From: a virus
Taxonomy: Duplodnaviria > Caudoviricetes
Length of the DNA stretch: 32,030 nucleotides
Virus record (IMG/VR): IMGVR_UViG_3300044450_000032
Coordinates: 1 to 32,030 of that record
Strand: one strand, 5' to 3'
The translations under genes and the position numbers were made by a program. The notes below the pieces were generated by a model that was given only the letters and a program-made list of their open reading frames with translations, was not told the DNA's origin and did not search any database. Below, in pieces: positions 9,675 through 19,434 of this stretch; position 1 is the first letter of the stretch; each line of letters opens with the position of its first letter.

Positions 9675-12374
9675 CTATCCTAAATTTGCACCTTCTACTA
9701 CTCTTGTGTAACTTTCTTGTCCTGTATTTATATCTTCTACAGTTACTACAGGATTCGGCATGTTAGAAATAGTTCTTTGTACTATTTCCTGCACTTCGTC
9801 GGCTGTTAATCCTTTGTTGTTGTGTGTCGTATAATTGTTGGTAGTATTTCTTTGTGATGGCATAATCAAAGCCCCGTTGTCTGTTCCAAGTCCTGAGCTT
9901 TGCGCTGCGAAATTTCCGAAACCTGAAAACCCGTTTAATTCACTTAAAACGCTTTTATATTTTTTTTTGTCTACTACTGCAATACCTTCGCCCTTTTCAG
10001 CTTCAAAAGCGCTTCCGTCTTCTCCGTAAAACTTTGTTCCGCCTTGCGAATGAGGTTTCCCGCCAATCTCTACAAAACCACCTTTAGCCATTTTCTTTTT
10101 TGAAGCTAGTGCGCCTATACCTTTAATCGCTGCGCCTGCTAAAATTTTACCTATTGCCGCCTTGCTATTTGCTGCCATTGCTGCGTTTTGTCCCAATGCT
10201 ACAGGTATAGCTTTTAAGTTAAACGGCGGACCGAGTGCAACGGCTTTTGCTAGGTTTTGCGCTTGGCTAGATGCGGTATTAATTGCTACAAGTCCAGCCT
10301 GTACTCCTGCATCCAAAGCAATTGCGGCAAGCTGCGCCGCTAAACTGTCACCAAGTAACCCTGTTAATATTCCTGTTAATTGACTGGCTATGTTTGCGGC
10401 TCTATCCGCATTCTTTTGCCTTTCTGCGATCTCTTTTTCACTTAGTGCAGTATATGAGTCTAAAAATTGTTGCTGCGCGTTTATGCGTATTTCATTTATT
10501 GCAAACTCCCTTTCCTCTGTAAGAAGTTTCAAAAGCTCTGTTTTTTCAGTTTCCGTAAGATTTAATTGTTCTAATTCTCGCACGTGGTTTTCAAAATCCT
10601 GTTCAATTTTTAACCTTGCTTTTTCGTCGCGGTCAGCTTCGTCTCTTAGTGCGTTTTGCTGTAATAATTCACGCTTCTTTTCTTCAAAACCTTTTGTTCT
10701 TTCTTCTTCTGCCGCTGCGTCGTCAATTTGTTTTTGTATCAAATCATTCTGAATGCGCCGCGTTTCGGTGTCGTACTCGGTTTGGCTTATGAGTTTATTT
10801 CTAAGTTTTTCGTCTAAGATATTTTGTTCAATCTTTGCAAACTCTCTTTGTTTTTCTAAGGTATCTTTTTCAAATCTTCGGTTCTCTTTTTCTTTTTCAA
10901 AAGCTTGCTGCAACCCGTTTATTTTTTCCTGTGCTATTTTCTTGGCACGATTAATTGCGTCGGTTTCTGCCTGCTTGTTGATAGCATTTAGTTTGTTAAC
11001 TTGCGTGGTTTGAAGTTCTAAGCCTTGCGTGCTTTTTTCCAACCTTTGCGCCTGTAATTCTGCGAGTTCTTTTTCATCTTTTCGAGAAGTATCGTTTTTA
11101 GAATTGTCTAACGTTTTTTGCTCTATTTTTAAATCCAGAATTTTTTGTTCAGCCTTTACGAGTTCTTTCGACGCGTCTATTGAATTAATAGTTGCCTTTC
11201 TTCTTTCTTCAACACTTTTTGTTGTATCCTCTGCGATCTTGTTTTGCTCTTTGATAATATTGTTAAGCTTTGCACGCCTTACAATCAAGTCGTTTTCAGC
11301 TTTTTCAATCTCAATTCCAAGTGCAACGATTCTTTGTTGTGCTTCTGCTGCTGCATTTATATCTTTGCTTGCGTTTTTCCATGTGTCGGACACTTCTTTA
11401 TTTCGCTTTGCTATTCGTTCAGACGCTTTCGCGGATTCTTCCAAACGTTTGTTTATTCGCGCTTGTATTTCTTCGGCTTCTTTATTGTCAAATGTTATTC
11501 TATTCCATGCGACGCGTATACGGTCAATGCCGTTTAATATTCCGTTTTTAATCTTTGTGAATCGATCTCCTAAAGAACCAAAAACCGAAGTAGCTATTTT
11601 TTGCACCACTCCTATAATTCCCTCAAATGCTCCTTTTATCGGCGCTAAAGCCGTATTTACTTTGTCTATACCTTTTTGAGTAGATGCAAAAGCGCCGACA
11701 AGCGCGCCGATGGCAATAACAATTGCGCCAATACCTGTATTAATTAATGCTAACCTAAAAGTTTTTAAAGCTTTTGAAAACTTTCCCGTAGATTTAGCAC
11801 CTGCATCCATTGCGCTTTGTTTAATTATGAGAGCCGCACCTACTTTTTTTAATTGTTCGATCAACGATGCTATTTGAGGATTTAAAAACCTCACAGCTTC
11901 TTCGTAATTACCTATGTTTAACTTTTGCTTTAAAAGATTGTCTGCGTTTTCTTTTATAACATCATTGTTTTCGTTAATCTTTTTATTAAGTTCCTTTATT
12001 TGCTTCTTGCCTTCCTTGGTTGAAATGTTAGTTTGATTTCTTAATTTTATTAAAAGCGCATTTTGCGCGCGCGCTTCTTCTATGCTTTTCGCTTCTTGCT
12101 TCAAAGCTTCGTTTAGTAGCTCCTCATTTGCTGCCAAATCTGCGACCGCCTGTGTGTTATCTGAGATTGCTTTTACGTTGTTATTATATGCCTTGGATAA
12201 ATTTTTTATGTCTGCTTGCAATTTGACATACCCTTTGCTAGAAGTGTCGCCTGACTTCTTTAAATCGCTTTGAGCCTTCTTAGCATCATCTAGTGCTTTT
12301 TTTAAATCAGAAGTGTTTTTCAATAGCGCTTCCACGTCTACATCAATTTCCGCAATAACTATCTTCTCTGCCAT
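9675..12374 (-). CDS. Tail tape measure protein
   Basis: 899 aa, long coiled coils, NIGNY motif, Ala/Gly hydrophobic segments and a C-terminal GGKPHSQGG..EAEKGE motif. Confidence 0.85.
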   Translation of the reverse strand: MAEKIVIAEIDVDVEALLKNTSDLKKALDDAKKAQSDLKKSGDTSSKGYVKLQADIKNLSKAYNNNVKAISDNTQAVADLAANEELLNEALKQEAKSIEEARAQNALLIKLRNQTNISTKEGKKQIKELNKKINENNDVIKENADNLLKQKLNIGNYEEAVRFLNPQIASLIEQLKKVGAALIIKQSAMDAGAKSTGKFSKALKTFRLALINTGIGAIVIAIGALVGAFASTQKGIDKVNTALAPIKGAFEGIIGVVQKIATSVFGSLGDRFTKIKNGILNGIDRIRVAWNRITFDNKEAEEIQARINKRLEESAKASERIAKRNKEVSDTWKNASKDINAAAEAQQRIVALGIEIEKAENDLIVRRAKLNNIIKEQNKIAEDTTKSVEERRKATINSIDASKELVKAEQKILDLKIEQKTLDNSKNDTSRKDEKELAELQAQRLEKSTQGLELQTTQVNKLNAINKQAETDAINRAKKIAQEKINGLQQAFEKEKENRRFEKDTLEKQREFAKIEQNILDEKLRNKLISQTEYDTETRRIQNDLIQKQIDDAAAEEERTKGFEEKKRELLQQNALRDEADRDEKARLKIEQDFENHVRELEQLNLTETEKTELLKLLTEEREFAINEIRINAQQQFLDSYTALSEKEIAERQKNADRAANIASQLTGILTGLLGDSLAAQLAAIALDAGVQAGLVAINTASSQAQNLAKAVALGPPFNLKAIPVALGQNAAMAANSKAAIGKILAGAAIKGIGALASKKKMAKGGFVEIGGKPHSQGGTKFYGEDGSAFEAEKGEGIAVVDKKKYKSVLSELNGFSGFGNFAAQSSGLGTDNGALIMPSQRNTTNNYTTHNNKGLTADEVQEIVQRTISNMPNPVVTVEDINTGQESYTRVVEGANLG

Positions 12375-12387
12375 TTATCATATTTAA

Positions 12388-13704
12388 TTATGGTACATCG
12401 TTAACAATATCGGCAGAAGTCATGGCGTTCATAACGAAAACACAATTAGCTTCTGTTCCGCTATCTTGTAAATTAGGGTATGTATCACCATCGCCCATTC
12501 TCCACCTATGTGACGGCTGATCTGTTAATGTCATAGTGTCAAAAACATTTCCGCTATTATAAATATCTGAAACATTTGAACTTTGATCGTTGTCCCAAAT
12601 ATTAAATTCATCTACATTTGCCCCTCTCATGTGTGAACCAGAAGCAAACCTGCCGATACGCCAATTTTGACCAACAATAGAACCACTATAACCAAAATTA
12701 GAATTAGAATTACTTGTAGTTTGTACGCTGCCATTTATATAAATTGAAAACCTTGAATAATAATTACTAAGACTTCCAGAACTTGCGCCAGTTGTGCCGC
12801 CATCATAAGTGATAATAATATGCTGCCAAGTATTTGGTGTAATTGACCCTGCTGATGTTGTTAACTGTATATAATTGTTATTGCTGCCGTATCTAAATCT
12901 TAATCTTTTTTGACCGCTTGAACTAGTTTGTCTAAGTTCTATAAATCCATTATTAGTAACATCATTGTTTCCAAAATAAAAAATAGTTTGCCCTTGATTA
13001 TCTGTACTTCCTTTGTACCAAAATGCCACAGTCCATGCGTCACCACTTCCTGAACCGTTTGAGTTTCTTCCTAATGCATGCTCAACTTGTGCCGCATTAG
13101 CTCCTAGCCAATCTTGATTGCTAAATCTAACGCTTCTTGTATTTGAAAAAGGCGGCGTTGAGACTGTCAATACGATTGTTTCAGAATCTTCACCATTATA
13201 ATTTATTGCTTTTACTGGTATATTGTAAGTCCCTACTGCTAAAGAAGAACCGCCTATTATTTTTCTAATGTTACCCTCTACAGTTGTCACACCTGATACA
13301 TTTGAAAAATCCCACTCATACCCAACTCCATAATCCGCAGTTAACTCATAATTAATTGATGCGCCTTGTACGCTACTTATTGTTAAACTGCTAGTAATTA
13401 CAGGTAATTCATCTGTAGTTGTACCTGTACTTTGAAATACTGAATTTAATTCGTTAATAACATCGTTTGCCGTACCCGCGTTTCCTTTGTTTATTGATAT
13501 TTGCTGATATGTCACACCATCTTTATTTACAAAATTAACATGGTTTTTACCTGTAACTATATCAATATTCTTAGATAAATCATGTATTCCTACTTTGCTA
13601 TTTTGAGGTATAGCTTGCAAACTATTAATAAATTGCGCTCCGTTTGCATCTTCTATAAAAATAGAATTTGCGGGAATGTCTTTATATATTTTTATATCAC
13701 TCAT
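12388..13704 (-). CDS. Structural/receptor-binding protein with an Ig-like domain and a LamG (concanavalin A-like) domain
   Basis: PVITSSLTI...YNIPVKAINYNG (Ig-like); WTVAFW, WQHIIITYDG, IYINGS, VDEFNIWD (LamG). Confidence 0.8.
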   Translation of the reverse strand: MSDIKIYKDIPANSIFIEDANGAQFINSLQAIPQNSKVGIHDLSKNIDIVTGKNHVNFVNKDGVTYQQISINKGNAGTANDVINELNSVFQSTGTTTDELPVITSSLTISSVQGASINYELTADYGVGYEWDFSNVSGVTTVEGNIRKIIGGSSLAVGTYNIPVKAINYNGEDSETIVLTVSTPPFSNTRSVRFSNQDWLGANAAQVEHALGRNSNGSGSGDAWTVAFWYKGSTDNQGQTIFYFGNNDVTNNGFIELRQTSSSGQKRLRFRYGSNNNYIQLTTSAGSITPNTWQHIIITYDGGTTGASSGSLSNYYSRFSIYINGSVQTTSNSNSNFGYSGSIVGQNWRIGRFASGSHMRGANVDEFNIWDNDQSSNVSDIYNSGNVFDTMTLTDQPSHRWRMGDGDTYPNLQDSGTEANCVFVMNAMTSADIVNDVP

Positions 13705-13705
13705 T

Positions 13706-14455
13706 TTATCTTAGTTTAATGCTTATGTAACTTCCTGCGTTTGTAAGTGTTCCGTTTGTAGATAGTTTTATTTGTAATTTTCCAACACCGCCCTGCGTGT
13801 TTGTATCTCCCATGTAAATAGCAAATATCAGTACTCTTTGATAATCTATACCGCTTCCATTATCTAGCCTTTCGCTCCAAAACAATAAAGGATATTCTCC
13901 CGCACCTTGACCAAGTAAATACCTAACTTCAAGTAAAGCGTTGTTAGTAGAAGGGTTTACTTTAAAATCGTTACGTATAATTAACTCACTTCCTAAAGTT
14001 AATTCACTAAAATCTAAATACCCTGTACTTGTATCTAATACATCATTAACATTATCAGGTTTATATAATGAATTACTAAATGCTCCTAAACCATTATTAG
14101 GCACATCAGTCCAAGTGTTTGCAATTAAAGAAATTGGCCCTGTAGTATCGTTATAATCAATAAATCCCGTTTTTAAAGCAGTCGTTTGCCCTGCTGTATT
14201 AAAACCTGTATTTTGATCTATCCAGTTATCAAAGTTAGTTTGATTTGCAAAAGGAGAATCATTTGAATCTACAAAATCAGACCAGTTTAAATTATTATAA
14301 TTTGTATTTTTTCCTTGATACATTATATCATAAGTTTGGTCGTTTTCTAAAGTTTTAACTATTTCAATTTTACTAGCAGCTCTTTTAAATACTGCGGAAT
14401 TATCTATACTCATATAGAAATAATTCCCTTTTATTTCAATTTTAAATGTAGCCAT
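13706..14455 (-). CDS. Putative tail/decoration structural protein
   Basis: Beta-rich 249-aa ORF in the tail module. Confidence 0.55.
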   Translation of the reverse strand: MATFKIEIKGNYFYMSIDNSAVFKRAASKIEIVKTLENDQTYDIMYQGKNTNYNNLNWSDFVDSNDSPFANQTNFDNWIDQNTGFNTAGQTTALKTGFIDYNDTTGPISLIANTWTDVPNNGLGAFSNSLYKPDNVNDVLDTSTGYLDFSELTLGSELIIRNDFKVNPSTNNALLEVRYLLGQGAGEYPLLFWSERLDNGSGIDYQRVLIFAIYMGDTNTQGGVGKLQIKLSTNGTLTNAGSYISIKLR

Positions 14456-14462
14456 TTTTAAA

Positions 14463-14732
14463 TTATATTACTGTTACTGTTATCGTATTTCCGTTCATTT
14501 CCTTACGGGAAAGCTTATCATTAAGTTTCACACTAAAATAATGATTGCCTGTTGTGGTCAATGTGTATTCATTTTCATAACTCGCCGCTACATTATTGAT
14601 CTTAAAAACATAATCACTATTATAGACTCTCTTTTGAAATATCTTAAAAGCAACACCAGAAGAAACAGTAATACTTTGTTTCATGAGTCCAAAATGGATA
14701 AAAGGCGGTTTTTGTATTTCTTCTATAATCAT
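14463..14732 (-). CDS. Hypothetical tail-module protein
   Basis: 89-aa ORF with ATGA overlap. Confidence 0.55.
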   Translation of the reverse strand: MIIEEIQKPPFIHFGLMKQSITVSSGVAFKIFQKRVYNSDYVFKINNVAASYENEYTLTTTGNHYFSVKLNDKLSRKEMNGNTITVTVI

Positions 14733-16846
14733 ATTGTGTAAGTGTTACTATATAAATCTTCCGTGTTATGTTTAAATCTTACCTTGTCGCCTGAATTCAA
14801 TACCAAATTCTTTGGACTAATTACTGTCACGCCGCCACTATTCCAAGTAATGCCGTTGTCTGAACTTATTTGCAAAATAGCCGTATTAGGTTCGTAGTCA
14901 TTTACAACAAAGGTTAGCTCATTGTTTATAGGATTGTAATTTGTGATCACTATAAATGAGTTTGTAGGTTGAACAACTGAACTATATTTTACTCTTATTA
15001 GTTCTACTTTATAGACTCCTTTCGATACATAGTTAGGTATTTTGTTGATTATGTAGTAATTAGACAACTGTTTTATAAAAACTAATCGCTTAAAGTCTAT
15101 ATTGTTTACTAGATTATCATCAAGTCTTATGTTAGCCTCTATTAGTTTTGTCTCGTTGAGTATTCCATACATTTGCATGTAATAATCTTGGACTATATCT
15201 TGAAACGGCAATCTCGTGTAGCGCTCTCTTGGATAGCCTGTAAAGCTTTGCGATTCTGTCAAAGATTCACTACCTATAAACCCACTTTGTGTTATGTCTT
15301 CTGATCGAAGAAAATAATATCTTTTGTCTAACGACTTATATTTAATGTTGATATTGCTAGTACCTTCGTTTGCTTCTTTTTGCCAAAGCGGATACACATT
15401 ATATAAACTATCGTATATTTCGTTTTTTTCTTTGTTAGGTGAATAAATATTCGATTTAATAACATCAACATTATCAGGTAGATTTACATTGTTAATCAAT
15501 AATTTTCCATCGTTAAAATCACTCTCTTGATCATTGTACTTGTACTTTAGATTGTTTTGCTGCCCGTAATTCGAGTAAATGTATTTTTCGTTTACTTGCC
15601 CTGTGTATCTGTCTGACCAATCATAGTAATTAGTGTTTTGAAGTCTTTGTCCTAATGTGAGGAAATCAATGTTGTTTGTATATTTATCTTTAAAAGGCGT
15701 TAGATTAAATCGCCAAAGAATCTCATTAAGGAAATCTTTTACTTTAAAGTCAATCAAGGCGTTTTCAAAATCTATTATTTCTCCGTCAAGCTTGTAAATC
15801 TTTATTTCAAAATCATTAGAAAAGTTTATTGATGAAATTGTATCATTATTAAATAGCGGATAGCTTGCGAACCACCTTACAGTTTGCCCTTGTTGCAATG
15901 ACAAATCACCGTTTGGGTTTTGTCCAGGAGCGGTATTAATCCTAAGTAAAACATTTGCGGGTTGATTTGCAGATATAAGTCCTGGGGCTATTTCAATATC
16001 AACGGTTATACTACCGATCATTTCAAATCTATATGTCCCGTCTTGATCTACTAAATATGTGTTGTTTCCAGCAAGAAATGTGCCTAGTGTTGGAGACGGG
16101 TTAATATGATTTAAATAATATCTGTATATGCTTCCGTCAAGTTCTCTGTCGGGCGCGCTAGAAAAGTTTGTATTTTGATATATTAACTGCGGAGCTATTG
16201 CAGAATTGTTTACACCTTTTGGAAAAGTCATCCATAGATTTGTAAATTCTTCTATTTGGAATACTGCGCCCGTATAAGTAAATCCAAAAAAAGAAAAAAC
16301 ACGATCCCACAACCACTTAACATTTACACACGGCACAAGATAATCTATGTTTAAAATTTGATTCCCACTATCAAAAAAGAACACTTTTCCATTATAATCT
16401 GCTACTATGTAACGGTACGGACTTGATGCGCTCCAACTCGCCACGACAGAAGCGGTATTTTTTGTGTGATTCAAATCACTTACGCCAATATCTGTCAAAA
16501 CTTTATTGTCAATAGCTTTGTAAAAATCAATAGCACCATCATATATCGTTAAATTATAATACTTGTTTGTATTCTCTACCACTCCCCATCCGTTGAATAT
16601 TTCACATTCTCCCGTGTGGTTATAAAGAAAGATTCCGTTGCGCTCGTATGGAATTGTAGAAACGCTTGCGCCGTCTCCTAAATTATTGAAAGCTAATTTG
16701 TTTTTTTTGGTTTTTGGAAGTTTTACTTTTTGAGAAAAGTTAGCCTGTCGGTTATCGAGTCTCCCGATGTCGTTTACTTGCTTTGTTCTCGCTATAACAA
16801 AGTTTTTTGGTAAGTCTAATTCTATATCATTTATAAATAGTCTCAA
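14729..16846 (-). CDS. Tail tip/baseplate hub-like protein
   Basis: MRLFINDIELDL...QVNDIG..NFSQKVKLPKT N-terminus, YYDWSDR and GQQNNLKY motifs typical of Bacteroidota siphovirus tail proteins. Confidence 0.7.
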   Translation of the reverse strand: MRLFINDIELDLPKNFVIARTKQVNDIGRLDNRQANFSQKVKLPKTKKNKLAFNNLGDGASVSTIPYERNGIFLYNHTGECEIFNGWGVVENTNKYYNLTIYDGAIDFYKAIDNKVLTDIGVSDLNHTKNTASVVASWSASSPYRYIVADYNGKVFFFDSGNQILNIDYLVPCVNVKWLWDRVFSFFGFTYTGAVFQIEEFTNLWMTFPKGVNNSAIAPQLIYQNTNFSSAPDRELDGSIYRYYLNHINPSPTLGTFLAGNNTYLVDQDGTYRFEMIGSITVDIEIAPGLISANQPANVLLRINTAPGQNPNGDLSLQQGQTVRWFASYPLFNNDTISSINFSNDFEIKIYKLDGEIIDFENALIDFKVKDFLNEILWRFNLTPFKDKYTNNIDFLTLGQRLQNTNYYDWSDRYTGQVNEKYIYSNYGQQNNLKYKYNDQESDFNDGKLLINNVNLPDNVDVIKSNIYSPNKEKNEIYDSLYNVYPLWQKEANEGTSNINIKYKSLDKRYYFLRSEDITQSGFIGSESLTESQSFTGYPRERYTRLPFQDIVQDYYMQMYGILNETKLIEANIRLDDNLVNNIDFKRLVFIKQLSNYYIINKIPNYVSKGVYKVELIRVKYSSVVQPTNSFIVITNYNPINNELTFVVNDYEPNTAILQISSDNGITWNSGGVTVISPKNLVLNSGDKVRFKHNTEDLYSNTYTI

Positions 16847-16871
16847 AACCTATTTTATTTCTCATTATCTA

Positions 16872-18014
16872 TTATAATCTTATTGTGTAATCCTCAGGCA
16901 TTGTAAATTCTATAAAAAACTCATAATTCTGCTCTCTTGGATTTTGAACGGTTTCCCTTCCGTTGTTTACTTGAATCTCAATCCAGTTATTAAAACTGTT
17001 TCTTGCAAATTGCGCGCCTGCGAAATAATAAACTTTAGGAGAATCTAAGACACCTTGTAATATATCAATGTCATCTTGTGTTAAATGGTCTGCTAATGCT
17101 CTATGAGAGTCCGCAGAAGTTTTGCCTAATGATCTAAATTGACTAACAGTACTATCTAAGTTTTCAAAATCGTTATTGATCACTCCTATATTTCGAGTGT
17201 TTTTATCAATTTGTTCTTGTTTGTTGAAAAGCCAGTAGTTATAGCCTCCGTATTGATTAAGCCATTTTATATATACGCCGCAATCACTAGAGTGTTTCCA
17301 TAGTTCAACAAACACATTATCAATAAAATCTAGTTTATTGTAACCTGTTGCAAGTGGTAAGTAATCTTCCAAAGTTACGTTTGTATCTCCGTCGCTTATG
17401 AATATTCTGTTAATCCCGTAAGGTGTTGAAATACTGGGGGATGTAACACCGTTAGTAAGATTTGTTATTTGTTGGGGATTTATAATTGTAGGTATATCGC
17501 GACTCAAGCATAAATCAAACGGGTATCCTTCCCAATATCTCATGTGATAAGTATTTGCTGTATCTTTTTTTAATGGAGATAACACAAACATCGAATTCAC
17601 CGAAACGGTTCTACCGCGCTTATATTGTTTCAATTGCTCAGCACCTAGAATAATATAAGGCGTCACGTTTGTAGTTTCTGTAGTATCGTCGGCAAATGTA
17701 ATCGTGAAGGTGAATTGCTGATTTAAGTAAACACGTCCCCAATCAAAAACAAAAGTATTAACATCTGTTTCATCTATTGTTGTTGGGTCTACGGTATCGG
17801 CGTAGTTTCTTAGTAGTGGTGAAATGTACTCTTTTAGATTTCCCCAAAAATCACCATTTGGAAGCGGGTACAATCTAAGGGTTGCTAGGACTCCGATTGT
17901 AATATCGCAGAAAGAAGCCTGCTGTGTGTTGTCACTTGAAAATTCAACTATTCGATTTTCTTCCGAAAATATAAACCTATCTGTTGGTATTGGTGTTGTA
18001 AATGTTATCGCCAT
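16872..18014 (-). CDS. Tail protein (distal-tail-like)
   Basis: YIKWLNQYGGYNYWLF and SPKVY motifs; precedes the hub gene; ATG at 18014 (GTG at 18017). Confidence 0.65.
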   Translation of the reverse strand: MAITFTTPIPTDRFIFSEENRIVEFSSDNTQQASFCDITIGVLATLRLYPLPNGDFWGNLKEYISPLLRNYADTVDPTTIDETDVNTFVFDWGRVYLNQQFTFTITFADDTTETTNVTPYIILGAEQLKQYKRGRTVSVNSMFVLSPLKKDTANTYHMRYWEGYPFDLCLSRDIPTIINPQQITNLTNGVTSPSISTPYGINRIFISDGDTNVTLEDYLPLATGYNKLDFIDNVFVELWKHSSDCGVYIKWLNQYGGYNYWLFNKQEQIDKNTRNIGVINNDFENLDSTVSQFRSLGKTSADSHRALADHLTQDDIDILQGVLDSPKVYYFAGAQFARNSFNNWIEIQVNNGRETVQNPREQNYEFFIEFTMPEDYTIRL

Positions 18015-18053
18015 CACTTATCATTTTATCTTCTTCTTTGGCTCTATGTATAA

Positions 18054-18131
18054 TTATGCTTTTTTCTTCTTGGTGGCTTTAGATTTGCTCTTACTGTCAC
18101 TATCCTTTTTCTTGTATTTTTTCTTTGCCAT
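18054..18131 (-). CDS. Lys-rich micro-protein MAKKKYKKKDSDSKSKSKATKKKKA (possible upstream start at 18158)
   Basis: Manual translation; 13 of 25 residues are Lys. Confidence 0.4.
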   Translation of the reverse strand: MAKKKYKKKDSDSKSKSKATKKKKA

Positions 18132-18249
18132 TGTCAAATAATTTATAGTTTCCTTCATAAAAATATTTCCTTTCTAAATCTAACGAAACCCTCATAACTT
18201 CTATTTCTTTCATTGCTTCAAACATTGGGTTGTATTCATACTTTATCAT
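18100..18249 (-). CDS. Small hypothetical protein (49 aa, MIKYEYNPMFEAMKE...)
   Basis: Manual translation; ATGA overlap with the upstream stop codon. Confidence 0.5.
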   Translation of the reverse strand: MIKYEYNPMFEAMKEIEVMRVSLDLERKYFYEGNYKLFDNGKEKIQEKG

Positions 18250-18710
18250 ACCGCAAAACTTTCTTTAATATTCTCTATAAACAACTCTGAATGAGTTACC
18301 GCTAACTCTGCGCCTACCTTATCAATTATATCTTGTATTCTTTTCGGTGTTACTACATCGCTGATCAAATCAACACCGCCGTAACCTTCTCTATCCCATC
18401 CCTCGCGCTGTATTTTTTTAGCAATTGCAAACGCTAGACTAGTAATAGAAATATTTCTCTCTACTTGCGCGAAAATGTTTTTGTCTTTTATCCATTGTTC
18501 GATTGCGCTTACTGGCGGCATTCCTCCTGCGCCTCTTCCAGTTTCTAATTGTTGCGAGTAATCTAATCCGATCAACTTTACGTTAAAAGGATTGTCTTGA
18601 ACCACTTCCAAAGAATTCGCCCAGTCTCCACTTGCGCGCATTCCTTTCTGATCGTATGCGGCAATCAAATCTTTTTTAATGTTTTCAAATTCTTTTAATA
18701 GTGTATTCAT
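18246..18710 (-). CDS. Tail completion/neck protein (HK97 gp10-like)
   Basis: ASGDWANSL, ETGRGAGGMPP..IEQWIK and AFAIAKKIQREG motifs. Confidence 0.6.
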   Translation of the reverse strand: MNTLLKEFENIKKDLIAAYDQKGMRASGDWANSLEVVQDNPFNVKLIGLDYSQQLETGRGAGGMPPVSAIEQWIKDKNIFAQVERNISITSLAFAIAKKIQREGWDREGYGGVDLISDVVTPKRIQDIIDKVGAELAVTHSELFIENIKESFAV

Positions 18711-18711
18711 G

Positions 18712-18834
18712 TTATACTGTAAGTCTAGTGCCTGAACTTGTTTTTTTACATCTTAATAAACCACGTAGTTTTTTTGGTACATATATTTTTCCTGCCGTTA
18801 ATCTATTTGATAATAAAATAGCTTCTATTTTCAT
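18712..18834 (-). CDS. Small basic hypothetical protein (40 aa)
   Basis: Manual translation MKIEAILLSNRLTAGKIYVPKKLRG...; ATGA overlap. Confidence 0.5.
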   Translation of the reverse strand: MKIEAILLSNRLTAGKIYVPKKLRGLLRCKKTSSGTRLTV

Positions 18835-19001
18835 TTTAATAAATCTTTAATTTTCTGATCTTGCATTTCTTCCTGAATCCTTGCGCATTCAGCGTAATCT
18901 TCTCTTTTCAAAGCTTCGGTTAATTGATCTTCTAAAGATTTAACTTCCTTTCCCATCAATTTAAATGTTATCCTATTTTTGAATGGTCGGTTTTTGCTCA
19001 T
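18831..19001 (-). CDS. UVR (UvrB/UvrC)-motif micro-protein, 56 aa
   Basis: LEDQLTEALKREDYAECARIQEEM matches the UVR coiled-coil consensus (EDYExAAxxRD). Confidence 0.7.
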   Translation of the reverse strand: MSKNRPFKNRITFKLMGKEVKSLEDQLTEALKREDYAECARIQEEMQDQKIKDLLK

Positions 19002-19149
19002 GTTTATTTGATTGTATATGTCTAAATTTTATTTTACCTCCATCAATAATTATAGCAACACCATTACCTTTCTTTATATAGTCGCTTAATTGTTTTTCAA
19101 TATTGTGTAATTCATCATGTTTTATATATGCCCCACTATAATCAATCAT
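18973..19149 (-). CDS. Small hypothetical protein (58 aa, MIDYSGAYIKHDELH...)
   Basis: Manual translation; overlaps both neighbours. Confidence 0.5.
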   Translation of the reverse strand: MIDYSGAYIKHDELHNIEKQLSDYIKKGNGVAIIIDGGKIKFRHIQSNKHEQKPTIQK

Positions 19150-19336
19150 TTTTATCTCTTTTAAAATCCAAATATTCCTGTCTTATAGCTATCAATGTCG
19201 GAGACCACAAAAAGAACCATACAGAAAACTCTAAATACCAACCCTTGATCAATGCATCTATAAACATGATGAATCCAAAAACACATCCTCCACACATTAC
19301 TAAAGCAAAAATCCAAATCAATAAAATCATTTTCAC
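19142..19336 (-). CDS. Small 2-TM membrane protein
   Basis: Hydrophobic 64-aa ORF. Confidence 0.55.
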   Translation of the reverse strand: MKMILLIWIFALVMCGGCVFGFIMFIDALIKGWYLEFSVWFFLWSPTLIAIRQEYLDFKRDKND

Positions 19337-19434
19337 AAGTCCATTTCCTAATAAAGATAGGTGGTATTTGAAGAAATTAGAGTAATCTTATTTTTCAACT
19401 TCGTGTTCTAATATGTTATAGATGAAATCCATTA

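Noticed and set aside
9835-12273. Many plus-strand ORFs (up to 216 aa) within the tape measure gene
   Set aside because: Antisense shadows of a Lys/Glu/Ala-rich coiled-coil gene; they give Ser/Phe/Leu-rich translations with no motifs.
15136-15145. CCTCTATTAG, a 10-nt partial copy of the 14-mer; also a 9-nt partial match near 23454-23462
   Set aside because: Short, inside coding sequence and without structural context; expected by chance in AT-rich DNA.
2158-16846. Diversity-generating retroelement or invertible tail-fibre cassette
   Set aside because: No reverse transcriptase, invertase, template/variable repeat pair or flanking inverted repeats were seen.
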